This document shows positions 28,764 to 37,101 of a DNA stretch of 64,000 nucleotides, piece after piece; within the stretch, counting starts at the first letter, position 1, and every line of letters starts with the position of its first letter. The stretch lies in NCBI GenBank assembly GCA_000990355.1, contig LBSX01000005.1, positions 4,584 through 68,583 of the forward strand, in the 5' to 3' direction. Under the pieces are notes generated by a model that did not search any database, had not been told where the DNA came from, and was given only the letters and a program-made list of their open reading frames with translations. The stretch comes from Candidatus Magasanikbacteria bacterium GW2011_GWC2_37_14. GTDB taxonomy: Bacteria > Patescibacteriota > Patescibacteriia > Magasanikbacterales > UBA922. The position numbers and the translations under genes were made by a program.

Positions 28764-28985
28764 TTACAGAGTCACCGTGCCTGTACCTCTACAGGTGTGG
28801 CAAGAGTAGATTGGTATATCCCGTTGTCTACCTGTACCACTGCAATCCGAACAAGTGACAAAAGAAATTTCCAAGACTTGATAACCCAGGCTATTGCATC
28901 TTGGACAGTCGTATATCCTTCCGAGATAGTATAAATGACCACTACCATGGCAGGCAGTACACCGTTCTTTCACTCTTTGCAACAT
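28764..28985 (-). CDS. DnaJ-type (CxxCxGxG x4) zinc-finger miniprotein, 73 aa
   Basis: CTACHGSG, CPRCNSLG, CSDCSGTG, CHTCRGTG; AGGAGG RBS 6 nt upstream of ATG, overlapping stop of upstream gene (translational coupling). Confidence 0.55.
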   Translation of the reverse strand: MLQRVKERCTACHGSGHLYYLGRIYDCPRCNSLGYQVLEISFVTCSDCSGTGRQRDIPIYSCHTCRGTGTVTL

Positions 28986-28996
28986 GTTTTCCTCCT

Positions 28997-30110
28997 TTAG
29001 TCGCATTCACCAAATGGGAATGCATTAAGAAATCCCCCTTCATTAAGTTGAGGCACCTCAACTTTTGGGTAGATTTCGTTCACACGACGCAACACTTTGA
29101 TAGTTTTTTCCAAGGTGGTTCCACTCAAACCAAATGGATTGATAATTTCTCGTAACCAAGATTCCAGCATTGGTTGCCGATTAAATTTCTCACTGACCAT
29201 CAATGATGAATCAGTAAAAGAAATTCTATCAGCAATTGAAACCACTTTTTCTACCTGGCGATCGTAACAGACAAAAGCAAATTGGCTCCCTCTTTTTTTC
29301 ATAACCTGACGAATAAGATCATCGAAATTGCTTTCAGTAGTTGGTCCGATTTTTATATTAACACCGAAGACATCATAGAGATAAATTACTTCGGCTAATA
29401 CTAGAATTGAGTACCAGCGTTGGTATTCGGTGTCGTAACGATTATAGTTGGCATAATTTTTGATAGAGATTATTTCCCCATCATTTGCTTCGCTACAGTA
29501 TTGAATAGCTTCTTGCAAAGAGAGTTGATATCTTTCACTAAGCCACAAATCATTAGCATCGATGACAATTGGTTTATTCTTTTGTGGAAAAAGTGACAAA
29601 CTTATGGCTTCCAGATATCGTCCTCTAGTTTTTGAACAAGCCAAGACGGTGTCACTCGTTTGGAACCAGCTAGTCAATCGTAGACAAACTTCCTTTGCTG
29701 TTTGTTTGGTAAATTTAGTGGCAGGAACTTCACGATTTTGATTAACTACCGCATAGGGTGAGGCATTCAAGACAAGACCGCGCCAGCCAGTCCTTTTTAT
29801 GTAGCCAAAGAAGTCCAAGAGAGCAAGGTTTTCCCCTAACTGAGCCACATAAGGGTTGTAACTAACGCCTTTGTAGGGTAATAGTTGAACCTTACTGTCC
29901 AGTAGGTCAAGAAAATCACTCACATAGGGAATCACAATTTGTTGGATTTCCAAATCTCTTTGCAAAACTAAACCTAAAAGTTCAAGTGCATTATCTATTT
30001 TGCGACAGGTTTGTTGCCAACGTCCAAATGAGATTTTTCCTTGAATAGCATTAGCCACTCTGAGTCCTGGTCGGAGAATCACCGACATTTTTTGGTAGGT
30101 TGTGTCCATG
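28997..30110 (-). CDS. hypothetical protein, 371 aa, no recognised family; elevated GC
   Basis: long ORF with RBS AGGAGA 7 nt upstream of ATG; GC about 45-50% versus about 35% backbone. Confidence 0.5.
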
Positions 30111-30147
30111 TGTTTGTCTCCTCTTAAGTTGTAAAAGAACATCGCAA

Positions 30148-30178
30148 ACAAAAAATCACCGACTTGGTGATTTTTTGT
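30148..30178 (-). promoter_or_regulatory. terminator-like hairpin in 5' leader (possible attenuator) of the 371-aa gene
   Basis: AAAAAATCACC-GACTT-GGTGATTTTTT flanked by A/T runs, 38 nt upstream of start codon; candidate promoter TTGACA-17-TAATGT about 200 nt upstream. Confidence 0.35.
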
Positions 30179-30349
30179 CCAAAATAGCAAAACAACAAAG
30201 TTAGTTGGCTACTTTGGACATATTTTGTGGTGGTTTAATTTTTGAGTGGTTTTTTGTTTCATATTCTTGTATCACTGTATTACTACATTAACACAAGAAA
30301 AAATTGTTGTCAAATAGGGGTGTGGATAAAAAGGTTGTTTTTTCACGTG

Positions 30350-30377
30350 GTAGAGACGCAAAATTTTGCGTCTCTAC
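30350..30377. repeat. REP: 28-bp perfect palindrome GTAGAGACGCAAAATTTTGCGTCTCTAC (copy 1, just downstream of RAYT stop)
   Basis: perfect palindrome with 5' GTAG; 3 copies in window. Confidence 0.8.
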
Positions 30378-30389
30378 AGTGAAACGTTA

Positions 30390-30956
30390 TTATACCAACA
30401 ATCCCTCAGGATTATTTCTATCACGGTCCCACATTGAGGGATTATTGAAAATATATTGTTGAATATTGTGTAGCGAAATTTCGTCACGAATGATGTGGTC
30501 GTAAAATCGTGCTTGCCAGATGAATGAGACGTTGTTTGTTGTAGCCCATTTTGATACACCAATTTTAAATCCGCGAATAATTGATGATAAATTTTTGGAT
30601 TGTGGGCCAAATTTATTGTGGTAAAGTTTGTCGTTGTCGTGTAGAGACGCAAAATTTTGCGTCTCTACAATTGGCGGATTGTTGTTAATTATAATAATTC
30701 CATGTACATGATTTGGCATTATCACAAATTCGTCTAATGTTACAAACGGAAAATGTTTTGGTATTTCCAACCAATATTTTGTGGCCATTTTTCCAATATC
30801 ATTCAAAACAATTTCATCACCAACTATTTCACCAAAATAACAGAATTTATTTTTGGTGCAAATAGTTATAAAATAATAACCCGTTTGGCTATAGTCATAT
30901 CCAGCCAAACGGGTTGAAGGTATTAAAAATTTATTTCTAAATAAATTGTCGGTCAT
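30390..30956 (-). CDS. REP-associated tyrosine transposase (RAYT; IS200/IS605 Y1 HuH family)
   Basis: RLAGYDYSQTGYYFITICTK N-motif, HVHGII HuH motif, WQARFYDHIIRDE...YIFNNP C-terminal Tyr motif; contains REP copy in frame. Confidence 0.8.
   Translation of the reverse strand: MTDNLFRNKFLIPSTRLAGYDYSQTGYYFITICTKNKFCYFGEIVGDEIVLNDIGKMATKYWLEIPKHFPFVTLDEFVIMPNHVHGIIIINNNPPIVETQNFASLHDNDKLYHNKFGPQSKNLSSIIRGFKIGVSKWATTNNVSFIWQARFYDHIIRDEISLHNIQQYIFNNPSMWDRDRNNPEGLLV
30641..30668. repeat. REP copy 2, in frame inside RAYT CDS (encodes VETQNFASL)
   Basis: identical 28-bp palindrome. Confidence 0.8.
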
Positions 30957-31234
30957 TTTCTCAAATTTTCCAAAGCTTTTTTGTAGCCATCTTCGCCATG
31001 TTCTAGCCAGTGAGCGATGCGGGTAATGGTTGTGGTAGAGAGTTTAGTAATCTTGGCAACTTCGCGATAAGTCTTGCCTTGGTTTAAAAGTAATACGGCT
31101 TGCCAACGATTAGACATTTCTTCCAATTCATCCAAGGTACAAAGATCGCGCAAAAAATTGGCAATGTCGTGTGGCGTTTTTAACACCGAAAAAGCTTTGG
31201 CTAGGTTTTTAAGTTTTTCATTTTTCCAATTCAT
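30953..31234 (-). CDS. TrpR-like (YerC/YecD family) HTH protein
   Basis: FLRDLCTLDELEEMSNRWQAVLLLNQGKTYREVAKITKLSTTTITR matches Trp-repressor-like fold; 4-nt overlap with RAYT gene. Confidence 0.7.
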   Translation of the reverse strand: MNWKNEKLKNLAKAFSVLKTPHDIANFLRDLCTLDELEEMSNRWQAVLLLNQGKTYREVAKITKLSTTTITRIAHWLEHGEDGYKKALENLRK

Positions 31235-32522
31235 AATTTTTGGTAATTAAAAGTAAAGCTGGTAAAAGCCAAAAAAGTATTGCCAGGTCGTTTTTGATAT
31301 ATGGAGAGTCGACCAAGCCCATCACGAGAATAATTATCATTGAAGAGATAAGGTAAATTGTTACATTGTTACATTGTTGCACTGTTTCACTGTTATCTGT
31401 TATCTGATATTTGATATTTGACATTACTGTTTTGAAAAACCAAAATATAATTAAAAGAAAACTTACTAATCCCAATAATCCCAAATTTACATACATTGTG
31501 AGGAATATATTATGTGGATGATGAAAAATTTCAATATTTTCACCATTTACTTGGCTGTGGTAAGGAACAATTTTTTGTGAATAACTAGTCAAGCCTGCAC
31601 CAGCCAAAGGATGATCTTTTAAAAAGTTTAGGGTGTCTTGCCACATTACTAAGCGGATTTGTCCGGAGCGATCGCCAAAAAATATTTCTTGTTTAATCTT
31701 TGAGAGGCTTGCAAGGCTGACAAGGCTTACGATGCCAACAATGCCAATGATAATAATTGGCCAACGAGTTTTTTTGTAGACTAGTAATAAAAAACCACTT
31801 CCAGCTAGAACCCCAAGCAAGGGGCCAGTGCCTTTGGAAAAAATTATTGCCGACAGATAGCAGATAGCAGATAACAGATAGCTAGTGATTAGTAACCAAT
31901 TTTTTTGTTTTAATTTTTGCCATTCTTGAATAATAAAATATATAATAAAAGGAACAATCGGCGCCAAAAATAGCCCTACTCCATTGGGAAAGCCATACCA
32001 AGCTGTAACACGAAAAGTATTGTGGTTTTGCCAAAAAGCATAGGGCACTTGCCAACCAGTAAAGTGTTGGTAAATAGAGAGAAGGGCTGTAACTAATCCA
32101 GAAACAATTAAGGCGTAAATTATTTTGTGGGGAATTTTTTTAAAAGTAGTAATTAAAATAATAAAAATTAAAATTGGCTCGACATAAAATGCTTTCCATT
32201 CTCCCAAGGCAGCTCGAAGATTGCTAGAAGTAAAAATTGAAATTGTGGCAGAAATTAGAAATAAAGTAATTCCTGCAAATAAAATCTTATTTTGGTTTAT
32301 GTTATCTGCTATTTGATATTTGCTTTTTGATTTAATTAACCAAACTATAAGAATAATCCAAAACATTATTTCTAATAATGTGGTTGGTAATGATCCTAAA
32401 TTTAAGCGAATTAAGTAAGTAGGTAATAATAAAAAAAATAAAAATAAGCCATTGGTAAAATTTTTCCAAGTAAGGAAAGTAAATAATATTGAATAAACAA
32501 TTAATACTGAGTAAAATAACAT
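31218..32522 (-). CDS. O-antigen ligase/polymerase-like (Wzy_C) polytopic membrane protein
   Basis: 10+ TM helices, periplasmic loop pattern; adjacent to Wzx-like flippase. Confidence 0.6.
   Translation of the reverse strand: MLFYSVLIVYSILFTFLTWKNFTNGLFLFFLLLPTYLIRLNLGSLPTTLLEIMFWIILIVWLIKSKSKYQIADNINQNKILFAGITLFLISATISIFTSSNLRAALGEWKAFYVEPILIFIILITTFKKIPHKIIYALIVSGLVTALLSIYQHFTGWQVPYAFWQNHNTFRVTAWYGFPNGVGLFLAPIVPFIIYFIIQEWQKLKQKNWLLITSYLLSAICYLSAIIFSKGTGPLLGVLAGSGFLLLVYKKTRWPIIIIGIVGIVSLVSLASLSKIKQEIFFGDRSGQIRLVMWQDTLNFLKDHPLAGAGLTSYSQKIVPYHSQVNGENIEIFHHPHNIFLTMYVNLGLLGLVSFLLIIFWFFKTVMSNIKYQITDNSETVQQCNNVTIYLISSMIIILVMGLVDSPYIKNDLAILFWLLPALLLITKNYELEK
31358..31421. repeat. cascade of tandem 8-mer/7-mer repeats (TTACATTG x2, TTGCACTG, TTTCACTG, TTATCTG x2, ATATTTG x2) inside CDS
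   Basis: counted directly; 60 bp total so in frame. Confidence 0.75.
31854..31882. repeat. heptanucleotide tandem repeat CAGATAG x4 (one imperfect) inside CDS
   Basis: CAGATAGCAGATAGCAGATAACAGATAG; reverse complement is the CTATCTG/TTATCTG unit of the other two repeat sites. Confidence 0.75.
32299..32327. repeat. heptamer series GTTATCTG-CTATTTG-ATATTTG-CTTTTTG inside CDS
   Basis: same xTATxTG heptamer family as 31358-31421. Confidence 0.65.
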
Positions 32523-32524
32523 AA

Positions 32525-33976
32525 TTATTTTTGTTTGATTGCAAGAATTTCCTTTAGTGTTTCTTGAGAAATTGCTTTGGTGACTAGTAATACTAGGCCG
32601 TAAACCAAAACACCAATTATAACCAACAAAATTACATTAAGTTTTATTAAATAATTTAAAGCAAAACCCATTAACACTCCAGCTAATAAAATTTTTCCAA
32701 AAGTTAAAGTTTGAATTTTTTCTTTGGTGTAATGTTTTATAACTATTAACAATAATATTCCAGCATAAAATTCGGAAAAAACGGTCATCCAAGCGGCACC
32801 GTACATGCCAAATTTGGGAATAAAATACAAATATCCTGCCAAAGTAAGCACCGCATCGCTAACATAAATCCAGATAGTTTGTTTTTGTTTGTTAATAGCT
32901 ACAGCAGTATGCCCAAAGATGGATCCTAAAAATACCCCAAATACCGCTAGAGCTAGTATTTTTAAAGGAGCACCGGCATTGTATTCTGGTGCTACCAGAT
33001 TCATTATTTTGTCTGCCAAAATTATTGTGCCAATAGTTAAGGGCACAGCAAAAAGCATCATGCCATCAAAGGCTTGCTGATAAAATTTGCGGAATTCTGT
33101 TTTTAAACTTCTTGACCAGTAATAAGATAAAAGTGGTAACATTACTCCCATAAGCATCATGGCCGTTTGTGCCAAAATATCAATTACGCGGTAAGCTGCC
33201 CCGTAAATACCCACCTCTTGTTGGCTTTTAAATAAGGAAAGTAACACTGTGTCTCCACGTAAATAGACAACATTAAAGATAATGGAAATAGCCACTGGCC
33301 ACATTTTTTTGATGATTGATTTCCAAATGTTCCAATCAAAAGCCGGGCTAATAGCCGTAAATTTTCTAGCCGAAAACCACATGCAAATGGTGTAGATTAA
33401 ACTATTTAAAACTACCACCCACATTACAGTTAAAAAGCTGGCTTGATTTTTAATACAAAGCCACAGGCCAATAGTAAAAATAATTCGGCCAATATTTTCA
33501 CCAATCGCTGATAAATGCATTTGTAATTTATTTTGGTAAAGGCCAATAAATACTTGGTTCATGGCCACACTTAAAAAAGTGAGTGTGGAGATGACAATAG
33601 CAATTTTTACTTGTGGTGGGTAAGGAAAAAACAAAGCTAAAAGTGGTGCTAATCCTAAAAAAATAATCGCACTAGTTAATCTAAAACCAATTAGATTTCT
33701 AAATAATTTGTTTTTATCATGTTCGGGCTCGCTAAGCATTTGAGCAGTAACGGGAATTAAACCAAAATCTATTAAAATTCCTATAAATTGCAAAAAAGAC
33801 ATGGTGGTAATGTACCAGCCAAATTTTTCTGGGCCTAAATAGCGTGTCATTAATCCTAGACCCAAAAGACCCAAGGCAGTGGAAGTTATTTTGCCAATGA
33901 TTTGTACAGAAGTATTTTTTACAATTGCACGAGTAGTAGACATATTATATTGTTGATTATGTGGATATCTTATCAT
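32525..33976 (-). CDS. polysaccharide flippase (Wzx/MOP superfamily)
   Basis: 483 aa, 12-14 TM, typical Wzx-like N-terminus. Confidence 0.75.
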   Translation of the reverse strand: MIRYPHNQQYNMSTTRAIVKNTSVQIIGKITSTALGLLGLGLMTRYLGPEKFGWYITTMSFLQFIGILIDFGLIPVTAQMLSEPEHDKNKLFRNLIGFRLTSAIIFLGLAPLLALFFPYPPQVKIAIVISTLTFLSVAMNQVFIGLYQNKLQMHLSAIGENIGRIIFTIGLWLCIKNQASFLTVMWVVVLNSLIYTICMWFSARKFTAISPAFDWNIWKSIIKKMWPVAISIIFNVVYLRGDTVLLSLFKSQQEVGIYGAAYRVIDILAQTAMMLMGVMLPLLSYYWSRSLKTEFRKFYQQAFDGMMLFAVPLTIGTIILADKIMNLVAPEYNAGAPLKILALAVFGVFLGSIFGHTAVAINKQKQTIWIYVSDAVLTLAGYLYFIPKFGMYGAAWMTVFSEFYAGILLLIVIKHYTKEKIQTLTFGKILLAGVLMGFALNYLIKLNVILLVIIGVLVYGLVLLVTKAISQETLKEILAIKQK

Positions 33977-34039
33977 TTTTTGGCTTAGGTATCAACTATT
34001 TTTTGGATAGTATTTTTTGTGCTATAATACTCTATACCT

Positions 34040-35854
34040 ATGAAAAAAATATTCTTTTTAAGCTTAATTTTATCTTTATTTACAATTGGCTCAGTTTTGG
34101 CAGCCGAGCCCACAGTAAAAGTCAAGGATAACGCTTATAGCGCTAAATTTGTTTCACAAAACGAGGCTGACCCGATTGTTATTGAAGCTGGGGCAACTAA
34201 GAATATTGTAATTAAATTTAAAAATGTTGGTTCAATAAATTGGGATGGTTCTAAAAGTCATTTTATCTCGGCTTATACAATGGAACCACGAGAAAGAAAA
34301 TCAGTATTTTTTACTTCGAATTGGCTAAGTAGTAATCAAACTGGGAAAATTGGTGGAGTGGTTAAGCCCGGGCAGACCGGTGAATTAAGTATTAATTTAA
34401 AAGCTCCAGAGAAAATTGGTGAATATATAGAAAAATTTTATTTGGCGGCCGAGAATTATTCTTGGGTACAGAATGGTTATTTTTTTCTAAAAATTAAAGT
34501 TGTGCCAGCTAAAATTTTGGTTAAAAAGGATTCCGAAGCAGTTGTAACAACCACTCCTAGTAATTCGGCTACTGGTTATGCAATTAATAAACAAATTTGG
34601 ACTAAAAAAACTGCTAGTGGAGTAGGTGGGGAGGTAATAAAAGTGGTAATGGCTTGGCAAAATAAAGGTAAAAATACTTGGGCAAAATATCAGCTTACTG
34701 GTTCGTCAAATATTTATGATAGTTCGTGGGCAAATAAAGATACAATATTAAGTGAGAATCAAGAAGTGCTTGCAGAAAATTTTTTGAGAAAAGAATTTTA
34801 TTTTAAATTACCTAACAAACAAGGTGAGTACGTGGCAGAGTTTGTTTTAAATATTGATGAAGGAAAAATTAAAGAAACAATGTTGGTGCCACTTACTGTT
34901 ACTGCTGATGGGACAGAAGTACAGACTGGTGAAATAGAAAATTCGGTAATTAATAATTCAGGAAATCAAGTAATAAATAGTTTGCGTTTGGGGGAAGAAC
35001 CTAGAATGAGAGTTGGTTTGGTTGCTCCTGAAAGTAATTTTATTCAATTTCGTTCTTATGAAGATGATTACAAAGTTTTGAGTGGGGGAGAAGAAAAGGG
35101 AATTTTGCCAACAAGAAAATTTGCGGTGATTAAATATGAGGATGGTAAATATAATTTTAAAGGTGGCGATTTGGAATTTATTTCTACCAATTATATTCGT
35201 TTGGAACCGGTGAATAACCCTAGAGCAGTTTTTTCGGTGCCAAATTTAATAAGAACGGCAAAATGGGTCGGTCCAGGGGTTGATTTTGACACTTATCGTG
35301 GGGCAATGGAGTATCGCCGAGGTGAAGTTGATAAAAAATTATATGTGGTAAATGATTTGCTCTTGGAAGATTATGTACGAGGTATGGCCGAAAACAGTCT
35401 GTCGGCTTCACAAGAATTTTTGAAGGCTAATTTAATTGCTGCCCGCACGTATGCTTATGTTAGCCGTGGTAAGTATCCTTTTTTTGATGTAGTAGGCAAT
35501 ACTTATGATCAGTTATATCTAGGTGTTAATGCCGAAAAGATTTTAACCAATGTGCAAGAGGCAACCACAGCCAGCCAAGGAATGATGGTAACTTATGATG
35601 GCGAAGTAGTAGTAACACCGTATTTTGGCAATAGTAGTGGTACAACCAAGAGTTGGAAAAGTGCTTGGGGCGGGAGTAATAAACCTTGGCTAGTGCCAGT
35701 AATCTGCGAATATGACAAGGGTAAACGAATGAATGGTCATGGTGTGGGTATGAGTCAACTAGATGCTTATAATCGTGCTAAAACCGAAGGTATAAATTTT
35801 GTGGAATTATTAAAACATTATTATACTGGTGTAGAAATAGAAAAACTTTATTAA
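34040..35854 (+). CDS. secreted protein with C-terminal SpoIID/LytB domain
   Basis: signal peptide; C-terminal ANLIAARTYA...YDQLY...VTPYFGNSSGTTKSW...WLVPVICEYD matches SpoIID/LytB amidase-enhancer domain. Confidence 0.7.
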   Translation: MKKIFFLSLILSLFTIGSVLAAEPTVKVKDNAYSAKFVSQNEADPIVIEAGATKNIVIKFKNVGSINWDGSKSHFISAYTMEPRERKSVFFTSNWLSSNQTGKIGGVVKPGQTGELSINLKAPEKIGEYIEKFYLAAENYSWVQNGYFFLKIKVVPAKILVKKDSEAVVTTTPSNSATGYAINKQIWTKKTASGVGGEVIKVVMAWQNKGKNTWAKYQLTGSSNIYDSSWANKDTILSENQEVLAENFLRKEFYFKLPNKQGEYVAEFVLNIDEGKIKETMLVPLTVTADGTEVQTGEIENSVINNSGNQVINSLRLGEEPRMRVGLVAPESNFIQFRSYEDDYKVLSGGEEKGILPTRKFAVIKYEDGKYNFKGGDLEFISTNYIRLEPVNNPRAVFSVPNLIRTAKWVGPGVDFDTYRGAMEYRRGEVDKKLYVVNDLLLEDYVRGMAENSLSASQEFLKANLIAARTYAYVSRGKYPFFDVVGNTYDQLYLGVNAEKILTNVQEATTASQGMMVTYDGEVVVTPYFGNSSGTTKSWKSAWGGSNKPWLVPVICEYDKGKRMNGHGVGMSQLDAYNRAKTEGINFVELLKHYYTGVEIEKLY

Positions 35855-35856
35855 AT

Positions 35857-35887
35857 AAAAAATCCTGATTAAAATCAGGATTTTTTA
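35857..35887. terminator. bidirectional terminator between convergent genes
   Basis: AAAAATCCTGATT-AAA-ATCAGGATTTTTT. Confidence 0.6.
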
Positions 35888-37101
35888 AATCTATAAATTT
35901 CTCGACCCAGATGTTGATTTGGTCGATGGTAGAGTAGAGACGCAAAATTTTGCGTCTCTACTCTAAATGGCATAATTTCAAAACCAATTTTTTTCAAATC
36001 TTTTTCCCAATTTATCGCTAACCAATCATTACCAATTTTAAATTTAGGGATAGCAATTACTATTACACCTTGTGGTTCCAGAATTTTGTAAAATTCTTGG
36101 CAAGCTTTTAAATAAAGACTTTTTAATTCAGTTAATTGTTTTTCTAATTGGTTTTTGTTTTCACGACCAGTTAAGGGTTTGCCCAGATAAGTCTCAGTAA
36201 CAATTAAAGTAACAGAATTGTTTTTTATTTTTTTAGTTAATTGAGTGGCGTCACTAATAATAAATTGGCAACCAATATTTTTAAGATTATATTTTTCTTT
36301 TAACCAAAGGAAATTTTTTTCACTGTCAACAACGGCTTTTTCCGAAATGTCAGCAGCAATTAAATTATTAAAATTCATGAGAGTGGCTTCATTTAATATT
36401 GTACCCGAGCCACAAAATGGGTCCAAGAGAATTTTGTTTTTAATCACCCCGGCGCCCTCGGCAACTCCCCCCGCCTGCCTTGACGGCATGTCGGGCAGGC
36501 CTGCCCCCTCTTGGTAAAAGGGGGATAAAGCGAGATTAATCATTATCTTGGCAAGCTTGGGCGGTAGCATGCCAGACAAGTCATCACTGTCTGGTCTTTG
36601 GTAGTCACGTTCAGCCATTTCTTCAAATGGCTGTAGAGCGGTCGTAACAAAAATTTGCTTATTGATTACTGTTAAATCCGATTTTTTCTCTACTAATTTG
36701 TTGTAAAGAATAGTAGCGGTATTTTTTGGCTCAATGTAGCGTACAGAATAACCGTTGGTTTTTAAAGCTTTTTTAAGTTCCAAAGCTAGTCTTTGATCAT
36801 TTAAAGAATATTCAATTTTACCAGTAGGGCAATTAGTTATTAAGTATTCTTGTAGGTGAGTTAACAACCCCCCTTCGCCCCCCTTTATTAAGGGGGGAAT
36901 TTCGGTAGCAATTTTTATAGTGCCACCCAGCTGTTTGATTAATTTTGCTGAATCTAGTTTTTTGTTGGTTTCAATTAATAAATATTGGTTGGAATTTTGT
37001 TTTAGGGTTTTAATATTTTTAAGTTTTAATGACGAAAAAACCGCCTGGATTTCGGCGGTGGAAATAAGAGGTTGGTGCCCTAATTGAAAAAGGAAATTCA
37101 T
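35875..37101 (-). CDS. UPF0020/THUMP-type RNA (guanine-N2) methyltransferase-like protein
   Basis: LDPFCGSGTILNEA SAM motif I; carries three in-frame repeat insertions (36447-36527, 36868-36897, REP at 35934-35961). Confidence 0.6.
   Translation of the reverse strand: MNFLFQLGHQPLISTAEIQAVFSSLKLKNIKTLKQNSNQYLLIETNKKLDSAKLIKQLGGTIKIATEIPPLIKGGEGGLLTHLQEYLITNCPTGKIEYSLNDQRLALELKKALKTNGYSVRYIEPKNTATILYNKLVEKKSDLTVINKQIFVTTALQPFEEMAERDYQRPDSDDLSGMLPPKLAKIMINLALSPFYQEGAGLPDMPSRQAGGVAEGAGVIKNKILLDPFCGSGTILNEATLMNFNNLIAADISEKAVVDSEKNFLWLKEKYNLKNIGCQFIISDATQLTKKIKNNSVTLIVTETYLGKPLTGRENKNQLEKQLTELKSLYLKACQEFYKILEPQGVIVIAIPKFKIGNDWLAINWEKDLKKIGFEIMPFRVETQNFASLLYHRPNQHLGREIYRFKKS
35934..35961. repeat. 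REP copy 3, forms in-frame 3' end of methyltransferase CDS (VETQNFASL...)
   Basis: identical 28-bp palindrome, extended palindrome TAGAGTAGAGACGC..GCGTCTCTACTCTA. Confidence 0.8.
36447..36527. repeat. GC-rich composite hairpin element, in frame in CDS (encodes ...QEGAGLPDMPSRQAGGVAEGAG...)
   Basis: about 47 bp (GGCCTGCCCGACATGCCGTCAAGGCAGGCGGGGGGAGTTGCCGAGG) shared in reverse orientation with 48451-48500. Confidence 0.7.
36868..36897. repeat. GC-rich hairpin CCCCCCTTTATTAAGGGGGG in frame in CDS (encodes IKGGEGGLL)
   Basis: perfect stem of 6-7 G:C pairs inside AT-rich coding sequence. Confidence 0.55.

Larger units (their letters stand above)
30350..30956 (-). mobile_element. RAYT gene plus flanking REP (domesticated IS200/IS605-like unit)
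   Basis: transposase-like gene immediately flanked by its palindromic REP. Confidence 0.6.
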
